From Raja brachyura (taxonomy: Eukaryota): DNA of 64,000 nt. Numbering within the stretch: the first letter of the stretch is position 1; every line of letters begins with the position of its first letter. The stretch lies in assembly GCA_963514005.1 (NCBI GenBank), contig OY740818.1, positions 14,942,001 through 15,006,000 of the forward strand. Reading direction: 5' to 3'. A program made the translations under genes and the position numbers. The notes under the pieces are model-generated. The model saw nothing but the letters and a program-made list of their open reading frames with translations, searched no databases and was not told the origin of the DNA. Shown here piece by piece: positions 38,791-50,290 of this stretch.

Positions 38791-39807
38791 GGAATGAAAA
38801 TAAAAACATACTTGCTCATTGTATTTTTCACAAAGTCACGGTGAGGTCTAGTTGCTTCTTGGAAGAAGCAGAACTATAGGCAGGGGGTATTTTCACTGAG
38901 GAATTCAGTCCCCACCTCTAAGGTATAAAAAACGTTATCCTTTTCGACTTCAGATCGATTTATCCTGTTGCAGTTTTATCTTCCTGCCACTGATGTACTG
39001 CGGTGTCCCCAGTGGTGAAATGTGGAATAACAGACCGATGATGTTCTAATCAGCAAGCTCCTTTCTAATAAAAGTAACTTGTAATTTAAATTGGGGAAGT
39101 TCACAGGCCACTCATGGAGACGGGAGATTGTGAATCTGGAAAATATATTTGTAAACGCCCTGCCTCTGGCATCCTTCCATCAGACTTACGTTCACATACC
39201 TCAGAGCACCACATGAGCAGATTCCACAGGTTCTCAGGCTGAGAACCTGTGCACCCTTTACACCACAAGGTGATCAATCCTCAATAGGTAGTTTGCCCCT
39301 TTACATCAATTCACCAGCACAGTCCCTAACCTGTGCCTTAGAAGGAACAGAGGTACAAGAGACTATAGATGCTGGAATCTGCAGCAAAAAACAAATTGCT
39401 GGAGGAATTCATCGGGGTGGGCAGCATCTGTAGAAATAAGTGAATTGTCGATATTTTGGGTCAAGATCCTCCATCAGGATTGAGAGTCTCAATTGCTTTC
39501 CCTTCACAGAAACGTCAACCATTCCCTTCTCTCCACAGATACTGCTCAACCCGTTGAGTCTCTCCAGCAGTTTCTGTGCTTGAGGCCACACAGTCGATGT
39601 GCTTCTGATCTCGTCTGAGCTTTAGTGCACAATCTGGCCAGAGCAGCAGGGTTTTTAATCTTACATCTTGGGCACTATCTTTGCTCAGCTACTCAAAGAC
39701 ACTTAGGGCAATCAGCTTTCCATTTATTTGCCAATCCTACTCAGCCTCTGTGTGGAGATCATTTAATGCAGCTGGCATCATTGATTCGCCTGGTCTGCAT
39801 GCATTTC

Positions 39808-40150
39808 CTCAGCCACAGTGGTGTAGTTGGCAGAGTCGATGTCTCACAGTGCCAGAGACCCAAGTTCAATCCTGTCCTCAGGTGCTGTCTGAGGAGTGCT
39901 TGCATGTTCTCCCTGTGAATGCATAGGTTTTCTTCAAGTGCTCCAGTTTCCTCCTGTGTTCTAGACAGGCAGGGTGGAAATTGGGCACAGGAAATTGCCC
40001 CTTGTGATAGATTCTGGGAGCACTGATAAGAATTTGGGGAGAATAAATAAAATCGATTAATGCAGTCTATGTGTAAAAAGGTGGCTGATGACCAACAAGG
40101 AACTCAGTGGGCCGAAGTGCCTGTTTCTATGCTGCATTCTCTATGACTGA
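39808..40150 (+). mobile_element. V-SINE (HE1-like), second full copy
   Basis: tRNA-like head (GTGGTGTAGTTGG...GTTCAATCC), V-domain (TGCATGTTCTCCCTGTG...GTGCTCCAGTTTCCTCC), and CR1 tail (GGGCCGAAGTGCCTGTTTC...CTCTATGACT). Confidence 0.78.
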
Positions 40151-41433
40151 GATCACAGAATGCAGATACACTGTTGAGTTTCTCAGGGTTTCGAGGCGGT
40201 CTTTTAGTTTTCAAAGAGTGTGTTAAAGCATTTCATTATGAAGATTACGTCAGTAGTGTGATAAAACTTTGCCCATGAGTTGCTGAAATAAATATTTTGT
40301 GTATAAATGCCAGCAATTTAAATAATTAATCCTTGTGTTGCTAAACACAGGGTGATGGAGAATTAAGTAATTCCTGTTTACAATGTGTCATCTATTACAG
40401 TATACCCTCCTGGTTCAGGTATGGGTTGTGTTAGTAATGACATTGTCAGCTCATACCTCAGTATCAATGCAGCTTCTGAGGAAGGCAGCCATCAAAGATT
40501 TGGGTCCTTTGCCATTGGGATAACACATAGTTCATTGAGATGACCTTGTGAAATATAATCCCATTTTAATTTGGGATATACTGCAGCCACTTTGTGCTCA
40601 TCAAGGGATCACCAACATAATAACCAGGGTATTCCACGTAAGTGAAATAGAAAACGCTAGAGTTCTGATGAATTGTCTCCAACCTGAAATATTAACTCTG
40701 TTTCTCTCTCTTCAGATACTGCCTGACCTGCTGAGTATCTCCGACATTTTCTGTTTACTTTTAAATTTATTCAGCATTTTGAGTTTCTATTTTGTTTTTT
40801 TACTGGCATTATTTGGGTGATCAATATTGCCCTGGGCACCAGGGAGAATGCCATGTCCCTTTTTCTATGACCACCTGAGAGGGAGAAGGTTTATGACCTA
40901 ATCTGAAATTCAGTCTAGTTTTAGAGCTTTGTTTTGGGGTGGTATTTGTACCCAGAATCTGACTCGGAGAGCACCAACTCACTGAGAGTTAATGTCAGGC
41001 AGCAGAATTGGAGGAATCTCCACGCTGTCTTACAACATTACTTTGTTCCCCTCTGATGGTAATTCTCCTTAAAGGCAGAAGATTCAATCCTCGACACTCC
41101 TTTTTTCCACTGTCCTGGACCGAGATACTGTCCAACACTTCACAAACTTAGATTACAACAAGCATTTTGTTTAAAACAGATCTGATTACTTTCATCACTT
41201 CTCAGTTAATGTCTTCCATATCACTTTCCATTTGTGATTAAAACCAGTGTAGCATAACATGAAGAATATCTGAGGGATTGTTGTTGTTTTGAACAAGGCT
41301 GATTAAGGAAAATACCCTTTGGTGCTGTGGGATTATTTTGTTACACTTGGAATCTAGGATGTGTAATTCTCTTGTGTTCACAGTAATGTTTCAGAAGCTT
41401 GTTAGTTTATTCCTTTGTGTTCTGACATTGCAG

Positions 41434-44309
41434 AGTTACATCGGAGTGAAAGTGTGCAGGAGAAGCAAGCGAAGGAGGCCAGGACAAGATGCAAGACCAT
41501 CGCATCCCTCCTCACCTCTGCACCAAACCCTCACTCAAAGGGGGTTCTTATGTTTAAGAAGCGCCGTCAAAGGGCAAAGAAGTACACCCTCGTTAGTTAT
41601 GGAAGTGTAGATGAGGAGAAGCAGAGTATGGACGAGGACGGGGAACTGCTGCCTACCAGCGAGTCTGAATTTGACGAAGAGGCGTTTTCTGATGCAAAAA
41701 GTTTGACAAATCAGTCAATGGGGTCAGACTGGGACAGTTCTTACCTGGACATTGAAAAGCCCAAATCTGAGCCCCATGGTCTAACTGAAACCAAAGGGAA
41801 GGGTGTTATATTATTTGAACACCAGAGACAACGAGCAAAGGACTATGTATTGGAGGAACCTCCAATTCAGACACAACACAATCTACCAATGAAACCAAAG
41901 ACAGATGCTGAAGTGATGAGGTGCAGCGCAATGAATGGAGTCCCTGCCTGGTCCAGGAGTACGACTATGTGTGCTGGAAATCCAGCCTCGGACCCATTGA
42001 ACTACTATACAGAAATGAATCTGTCGCCAATAGTACGTGCAGAGACCAGTTTGCCAAGGCCTAGTGAGCAGCACCATTCACAGCACATCGTACAAGGTCC
42101 CCCTGGCCTACCTGGGGTGGCAAATTGGACAGCAAGACCATTTACTCCAGGTTGTCAACAGAGCCATGTGAGTCCTGTACACTCTGTCTGTGCTCCAGTG
42201 CTATATCGGCAAGGTACAACAAATACAGCTCCTGTCAAACCCTGGGAACAAGCTGTGCAAAACAAACCCACAAAACCTTTCTCACCTCCAGCAGCGGTAG
42301 TCTCCACGCCAACTGTAAATGCCACCCCTCAACCTGAACCAAAGAAAGTTTCAGTGCCAATTAGAATGGGAACGCATTATTTGCCAGCAGCTGTGTTAAT
42401 ATCAGCACCACCACCACCACCTGCTGTGATGCCACATCCACCTGCTGTGATGCCACATCCACCACCTGTGATGCCACATCCACCACCTGTGATGCCACAT
42501 CCACCACCTGCTGTGATGTCACCACCACCTGCTGTGATGTCACCTCCACCTCCTGTGATGTCACCACCACCACCTGCTGTGATGTCACCTCCACCTCTTG
42601 TGATGGCACCACCATCTGCTGTGATGTCACCTCCACCTCCTGTGATGTCACCACCACCCCCTGTGATGTCACCACCTGCTGTCATGTCACCTCCACCTGC
42701 TGTGATGTCACCACCAACCACAGTCATGTTACCATCATCGACAACAATGACAGCAGAATGCACAGCGATGCCGACGCTGGCCGCGGTGACCTCGCCAAAG
42801 CCGGTGGTGATGGTGTCATCAATCATGGCGATGTCACCACCATGCGTAGCAATGTCAGCAGATTGTACCATGGCATCACCACCTGCTGCAGTGATGTCAC
42901 CACCACCACCAGCAGTGATGTCGCCAGCATCTGCAGTGATGTCACCACCACCATTGATGACGTCACTATTCACAGCAACTCCATATTCGCCACCTCAGGC
43001 TCCGGTCACCAGCAGCGCTACCTTTCGCATTGCCTCAACATTGCTGCCACAGAAAAGGAGCGAAGCCCCTCCCGAAGCCGTCGTGAACGCTCCTTCCATT
43101 GCTAGCACGTCATCAACAGCTTGGACATCCAACCAGCCATCTGAGAGCTTGGCCACAAGAGAGCAACGAATTTCAGTGCCCGCTTCTAAAACTGGCATCT
43201 TGCAAGAGGCACGTCGCAGAAGCACCAGAAAGCCGATGTTTACGAAGACTGAACAGAAAAAAACCTCACCAAACCCTGAACTTCTTTCCATGGTACAAAA
43301 CCTGGATGAAAAGAAGCCAGATCATGTTGGAGCAGGATTTGAATCAGGACCTGAAGAAGACTTTTTGAGTCTTGGTGCCGAAGCTTCTAATTTTATGCAG
43401 TCTCAGGCACGCAGGCAAAGTGTACCTCCTCCAGTAGCCCCAAAGCCTCATTTAAAGCCTCAGTTAGTTGGCGGTTGTTATCCGGTGGTGAATGGAACCA
43501 ATACACCAGCAACCCTGCAGTTGAAAGGAAAAGGGGCAGAACTTTTTGCAAAGAGACAAAGTCGCATGGACAAATTTATTGTTGATTCAGTGCCAACCCA
43601 CTCTTCCCAGCCAAGAGGACCATCTCCCACTCCTTCCCTTCCTGCTACATGGAAATATTCTCCCAACATCCGGGCTCCGCCACCAATCGGTTATAACCCC
43701 ATTTATTCCCCATCATATCCATTAGCAGCCAGCAAGTCCCAAACAATCCCCAAAACAGAGAAGAAGTGGAGGCCAGGAGGGAACCAAAAGGTGGGAATAA
43801 AAGCCATTGATTTCATGAGACGTCAGCCTTATCAATTAAATCCGGCCATGTTCAGTTTCGATGAATCCACCTTGAGATCACAAGGGTGGTCAGGATGTGC
43901 TCCAACCACGCCACAAGGCCAACAATCCTTTATCTCCACAAAGCATGTCCCTGTGAAGACAGCAAGAGCGTTCGAGATCAGACGCTTCTCAACCCCAGTG
44001 CCGACCATCACTCCCACAGTTATTGCCCCGCGGTCAGCCACCACACTCGCTGAACCCGTGTGGATGTCGGCGCCAAACTCCCCCCCACCGGTATCAGCCA
44101 AAGTATCTTACAGCAATGGGCTGTCTCATCAACACTGGAGAGCAGCTGGAGACAGTTCGGAAGTGGCCTTTGAACCATCAGCTCTTCAATTCCTGTCCAA
44201 GGAAGATATGCAAAAGAAGCCATCAGTACCCACCCCTAGACCGAGGTTCTCAGCTGTGAGAGGTGGAGGCGGTGGTCATACATGGAGACCTGGGTCAATC
44301 CAGGAATGA
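41434..44309 (+). CDS. SYNPO2L: SYNPO2L terminal coding exon 4
   Basis: Acceptor TTGCAG|. Motifs LHRSESVQEKQAKEARTRCKTIASLLTSAPNPHSKGVLMFKKRRQRAKKYTL (NLS), REQRISVPA..TGILQEARRR, SPNPELLSMVQNLDE, LKGKGAELFAKRQSRMDKF, GIKAIDFMRRQPYQL and EIRRFSTP...APRSATTL.EP.W, the last diagnostic of SYNPO2L rather than SYNPO2. Stop TGA at 44307-44309. Confidence 0.95.
42406..42960 (+). repeat. Coding minisatellite encoding (P)PPAVMS repeats
   Basis: About 19 units of 18-24 nt (consensus CCACCACCTGCTGTGATGTCA), all multiples of 3. Confidence 0.9.
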
Positions 44310-44389
44310 AAGTATGTTTGTGCATTCTAGATTCTTAGTGAATAGGTGAAGATTTTCCAACAAAAAGAGGACTCTGATCCTGAAAGAAA

Positions 44390-44790
44390 AGGAAGATTTA
44401 CATTTATATAATCACTTCTCTGGACCTCATGACACCCCAAATTATATTACAGTTTTGATGTGCGTCACAGTGTAGGAAGTACCGCTGACAACCTTTGTGC
44501 ACAGCAAGCTCCCACGAGTAGCAATATAATGGTAACCAGATTATCTGGTTTTAGGTTTTAGTTGCGGGGTAGATTATTAGCCAGGGTGCGCAGGTTTTCC
44601 CCCCATGTTTTTTTTTGGTTTCAAATTGGCACTGTGCCCTCTTGAACATTCATCCAAGTAGGGCAAATGAAGTGGTCTCTATAGGGCCCCTGGAGCAGAG
44701 CTGTTTCAGTCCTGCACTGGCATATGTTGACATGCAGTCAAGTCTCTGAGAGGGACAAAGACTCACGCATTCAAGAACGCTGCCACTTAC
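44390..44790 (-). mobile_element. Deu-domain SINE in the SYNPO2L 3' UTR
   Basis: TTACATTTATATA..., TTTGTGCACAGCAAGCTCCCAC..AGCAAT...ACCAGATTATCTG.TTTTAG...CAGTCCTGCACTGG...CAAGTCTCTG matches the recalled SacSINE1/AmnSINE-type consensus. Confidence 0.62.
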
Positions 44791-47209
44791 ATCCAAAAAA
44801 CTGCCATTCTAAATCTAAGTAATTTTTCATAGAGCTCTGTAATAATGATTTACGACCATATAATGTTGTTTAAAATGTAATAGTTAATTGTTTTGCATTA
44901 ACTGCAGGAATAGACCTCTTTATATCCAAAAAATGGAGCGGAGATGGAGGTCATCTTGAGGTCTCTCTATGCATTGCAATTCTTTATGAAAACCTGTCAG
45001 AGTTCTGATTGATAAAACACAGTGGCGCACAGAATTAAATATCTTTCTTCCCAGAATATCTCCTTTGGAACACAAAGGAAGCACATCATCATGTTTTGCA
45101 ATTAGCTGAATTTGTACCGTGTAGTGTGACATTGATATATTTATGAAAAATTCTTTTTCAGTGCACATGGAATTCCATTTTTTTACTGTGTGATAAGCAA
45201 TACATAAATATTAAATGTTTCAACCGAACAAACAGAAATTCCCAGAGCAATGGAAAAGGATTTCAAGAGTGAATATTTTCAGAGGAATATATGGATTTGG
45301 TTAAGTTTCTGGTAGTGGTGTCTAGCATGAGTTATGAATGATCACACCAACAATCGCAGGCACGTGGCAATAGAATTAGATTGTTATTACTGTTCTACAG
45401 CAGACTGTGATTGTGATGACATTTTGGGATGTAAAGATAAACATCAGGAGATTCTCAGGAAAATCCAACACAAAATGGTGTGATTGTTCTTTCTCAGACA
45501 AATGGTGTATCTGCAGTTGAGGAAACAGAACCAACTCCGGCACGGTTGATTGTCAGTTTAGACTTGTTTCCAAATTAATCTTCCATTTATATAAAGAGTG
45601 ACTGAGTTGTCAATGATCTGGCACCATCCTTTCAAGGCGAGTTGAGTTTTAATTCATCAATTGTGTAATACCAGTCAGCTCTTAAGGATAGGTGCAATGT
45701 CCATCCACTCCACTACATGGATACATTTTCCATTGTTGCCACCTTTAGATATTGTTCATTTGTCCACCTGGAGTGAAGACGACGTCACCTGATCACACAC
45801 TAAGCTGATCAATCATGTGCCATGCTTCAGATGTAAACACCACTCTATCAAAGGACAAAAATAGCTCAGATAAAGTGCTCTGACCCATTTCAGTGGGAAA
45901 ATACAAATTATATTATTTATTAAAATCATGCAATTTGTTCCTAAGTTATACTCGGGCAGAGCCAAATACCAACCGTAGATCTTATTGTTGATAACAACAT
46001 ACTCTTAATGATAAAGCTAATTTTTGGATGCCAGAGTGCAAAATGTGCAGTGCTATTCTTAACGAAGTGATATAAAACTGACTGTATTTGTTGCTAAACA
46101 ATTAAGATGTATGAAGGCTGTGATGATATGAAGTAGCTATGGTCAGAAATTATGGAATTGATTGGAAATGCAAGGAAGATTGGATCAGATGGGACATGGG
46201 TGATCTTGGTTTCTGTATGTAGAGATGGGAAGCAGAGTAAATGGAACTGGGGATTCGTTCAATGATTTGAGCTGGTTTAAGGTAATATTCGATAATGCAA
46301 GGGTTAATCATTTGCAAAGAGTAATAATTTGTAAATGTTTTCTTCATGCTATGGGTTTTGCCCAACCACTGAGACTTAACACACATTGGAGTTCAGTAGT
46401 GCAAATCTTCACTTTTTGCAATTTCACACAAAACAGATAAGTGCCTTGATTATTAGCATTGCCAAACTGAATAGTTTAATATCAGTTTTGGCTTGCAAAG
46501 CTACTGTGATTTGAAAGCCGTAAATCTCACTTGCTTTACTGTAATTTTCCATCATCACTAATTTGCATTTAGCTTTGAAGAAAATGGGCTCAGGAGATTG
46601 ACGCTAACTCGTGTTCTTGTTCGATTGCTCGCGTCATGTGTCCGTGTGAGGCTCTTCACAAAACATTCAGCAATGGATGAATATCAAATCATTCAATAAT
46701 TACCTTGAAATCAAAGGCAAAATATTGGATCTGGAAATATGGAATAAAAACAAAAGCTGCTTGAAATGCTCATTGGCATTAATTCTGTTCCTCATCACAA
46801 ATAAACAATAACTCTGGATCAGGCTTTCGAGATGAAGTTCCATTGCCAAGCTGTTGACCTTCAATAGTTAATTGTTTTCCCCCAGATAAGCTGCCAGGTT
46901 GACTGAGCATTTCCAGCACCTTTTGTCTTTAATTCTCAGTCATTTCCAGACAAAGGCGCCCTTACAGAGTCTGCGTGCTTTGTTAGGAGTATCTTTGGAG
47001 TGACAGATTTTCCATAAATGAATTACATGCATATCCCCTTATAGGTTTTAGAGCACTTTGGCTACTGTAAGTGAAGCAACACAGCTCTGCACTTTACGAA
47101 TACCAATAGATGTGTCTTATTCATTAGATGTTTAGCCTTACTTTGTGCAAATTATATGCATTTCTGCAGTTTTAATGTTCAAACTGTGCTATGTATGCTG
47201 ATGTAAAAT

Positions 47210-47215
47210 AATAAA
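47210..47215 (+). terminator. Candidate SYNPO2L polyadenylation signal
   Basis: AATAAA at the end of a mostly unique AU-rich 2.9-kb stretch after the stop codon. Other ATTAAA candidates exist upstream. Confidence 0.3.
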
Positions 47216-48049
47216 ATGTGAATAATTGATACATTTGAAGGTGCTGTGAGAATGAATACGTGACTAGCAGGTGTGGAGTGGGTTACAACTGCACCTTTGG
47301 AACAAGTTAAGGTGGGCAATGATGGATATTGTTTGGCTCTTTTCAAAGGAGTTGGATCATTATCTTCCCAGGAATATCGACACAAGCACAACTTTTGTTC
47401 TTTCTTGCTCTAAGGCTGTGAGTATTCCAGGATGGTCTGCAATCTGCAGGAATTGCAAATCTCCAAGAAATTGCTGGATGAAACTCTGGGAAAACAAATT
47501 TCGGGGACCACAAAAATATATAACAATGTAGGGCAAATAGATTGCTTGAAGAATGGAGATTATGTAAATAAATCTCCAGGAATATAACTGTCCAGAGCTG
47601 GTAACTAATAATTTCATTCTTGGAAGAAAGTTTGGTTTTATTTGCTGCAAAGTTGGGGACAATTTACCTTTTTCATTTTTTTTATTGGATGTGGGCATTC
47701 CTTTTAATGACGCATCCCTAATTATCCTAGAGAAGGCTTCTCAGAAAATGCTTTCTTGAGACCTTCTGATGAAGGTACACCATCATGCTGTTGGTTCAGG
47801 AGTTCCAGCTTTTGAACCAGTGGCAACGTAGGGATGGAAATTATGTTTTCAAGTCTGAATAGTCTATGACTTGGAGTAGAAAACCTTCAACTAGTGGCAT
47901 TCTCTTACATCTATGTGCTTCTACATAGCAAAGATTGCAAGTTTAGAAGGTGTTAGCCTGGGTGACTAATTGTGGTGTGTTTTGTGGACAGTGCAAGTCG
48001 TGTTGGGAGCAAATGTTTGGATCTATTTTCTTTGGTGATTAGAAGAATT

Positions 48050-48400
48050 GAAGGCTTACCTTATTGCAAAATTTAAGGTCCTGGTGAACCCCTTACTTTA
48101 AAAAGAACATGGTACCATTGGAGGCTGTCCAAAGGAGATTCCACGGACAGGATTGTCCTAAAAGAAAGGTTAGATGGTTTGGTTTCATTCCTTTAAAAAA
48201 CTGAGACGTAACTTTTTCAAATCTAGAAGATCTTAAGGGGGCTTCGCATGGTAGATATTGGGATGTTTTCACTAATAGAGAGTCATGAACAAGGTTACAA
48301 GATAAAAGACCAATCATTTAAAAACTGAGATACATGGAAATTCTTCTTTCAGAAGGTAGTGAATGTCTGGAATTATTTTCTCCTATGATGGCCAGATCAT

Positions 48401-48446
<46 letters not shown>

Positions 48447-48590
48447 TGATAAATATTAACAGATCAAGGAATTGAGGACTAAGGGGAATAGGTACAGAAG
48501 AGGAGCTGAGACTAGTATAGATCAACTGTGGTCGTGTTGAATGGGAGGGCAAATTTGGGACCTGATGGCCTACTTGTGCTTCTCTTTCCA
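48050..48590 (+). mobile_element. Old CR1 3' fragment with (TA)n expansion
   Basis: YFKKNMVPLEAVQRRF..., TTCTTTCAGAAGGTAGTGAATGTCTGGAATT, and tail GATGGCCTACTTGTGCT. Confidence 0.7.
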
Positions 48591-49231
48591 TGAGTCCTTG
48601 TAAGGGTTTTACTGAGGTCACCTTCACATGCCGGGATGTCAGTTTCTCTGAATTCTTAAGGTGGTAGGTTCTGAACTCTTACTTTCCTGTATTTTATGAT
48701 TCCAATGAGCTGACCACAAAGTTGTTCACATGCCGCACTTGTAGATGGTGGAAGGGCTTTGGGGAGAGAGCAGATGAGTGACTCGCTGGAGCCTTGATGA
48801 CTGGGAATGAAGGGGAATTCCATCCACGACGGAGGGATTTGCTCGTATGTTTTGGGCACAGCCTTTCCCATTGTGAAGTGATGGGGGCATAGCAGTGTCT
48901 TGTTTGTGCTGGCAATTTTTCCAACCAGGCGCAGCAGGCAGACGGATATGTAGCAATCCATCGTCAGCTCGCAACTGCCAGGTTCCCTGCTGCCTAGGAG
49001 CAAGGTGACGTAAGGGATAAAATTATCTCCAGCGATGGACAGAATGAAATCAAAGTAGGAGTCAAACATGAAGGGAACTGTGAACCTGTCACAAAACACA
49101 CAAGGATTATTAACCGGGCAGCTGTCATGAATACCAACAGGGGCAGTAAACATACTGTAGCATTGAGCTCAAGGAGCAGGTTAGCACACCATATGATAAC
49201 GTGAAGCGTTGCAACCCACCATGTGATAATG

Positions 49232-50283
49232 TAGCAATGTTACAAAATTTTGAGATTTAAAAAATCAAGTCTGCAATTTATCCCAGCAGATAAAGCATAA
49301 AACAAAGTTTAATTTGACACCTAATTCACTTTCATATCTTCAGTAGTAAAAACATTATGGCCATTTTCATACTCAGAAATTAGCACCTTGTTCCCTATTG
49401 CTTTTCCATTGACTTAACACAAAAGCTGTGATCAAGGATAGTCAAAAGCCCATAACTTTCTTAAAAATTAAGAGAACTCAAAGATATTTTCAGTTATTAT
49501 AGATTGAAGCATTCTGAAACAAATATGAAACAATCTTACTTGGATGACCTGAAATTAAAGCATATGATTAGTTAGTTACCTAATTGTAGCTAATTACAAA
49601 ATTCAATTATTAGATCTAAACATCTATCCATTTCTTAAGAAAAGGTTAACATTTTTTAAAAGCCTAAGTGTCCAAATAACATTCACACAAGAATTCACAA
49701 TATAACATGATTTTTAAATCTCATTGTCATGAATTTATAGGCCAAATGGAAGGAATTTAGTGTTTAATTCCCGTAAATTAATGGCCATTTAAATTGTCTT
49801 GCGAGTGGGTTTTTGTGGAACGCGATGGATTGGAACATTGCAGTTTGCGGTGAATTTAACACCCATATCGGCAGGAAAAATACTGCCGGTTCTTATTTTT
49901 TCTAAGTCACCTTTTCACAACATGAAATTTTGATTAAAGGCATCCTTAGAAGCACGTTTTTATGTAAAAATAAAAATTGCGTACCTTGTTTTGTCCCCTA
50001 CGTGAGATCCGTCCCTTTGTTGCCGTTCACGGCTTTAGAAGATTATTTTTAATTTACTCATGCTAATAAATGATCCAGCGTAGTTTAAAGATAACTCCAT
50101 AAAACAAATGTCAGAGCAATTTCTCTTCAGCAACTAAGCCCCCTGAGATTAATTGATTTGAATAGTCTGGAGTAAACGGTATTTAAAATCCGCCCCCCCC
50201 CCCCTCTCAAAGGCGCCAAAGTCGCGCACATGGGCAGTGGCAGAACTGCAGTGCCGCTAAAGGTAAGTTTTGTAATATACCTA
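49232..50283. mobile_element. Putative non-autonomous DNA transposon (about 1.05 kb)
   Basis: Imperfect TIRs TAGCAATGTTACAAAA / TTTTGTAATATACCTA (13/16), flanked by GATAATG (49225-49231) and GATAGTG (50284-50290). AT-rich, non-coding interior. Confidence 0.5.
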
Positions 50284-50290
50284 GATAGTG

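Noticed and set aside
41415-41433. ORF-track start (MCSDIA) of the 964-aa ORF
   Set aside because: It begins at a TTG within the polypyrimidine tract. The real exon starts after the AG at 41433.
42361-42973. - strand ORFs with GGGDITA / VVVTSQ repeats resembling antifreeze or ice-nucleation proteins
   Set aside because: They are antisense shadows of the stop-free SYNPO2L coding minisatellite, with no independent promoter, splice or homology evidence.
5846-44309. Assignment as SYNPO2 (myopodin) because of the MGTG start and SPSYPLAA
   Set aside because: EAYYGETDSDAD, GIKA.DFMR and EIRRFSTP..APR.ATTL.EP.W, the lack of PPxY, and the MYOZ1-type neighbour (MPLAGTPAP) all favour SYNPO2L.
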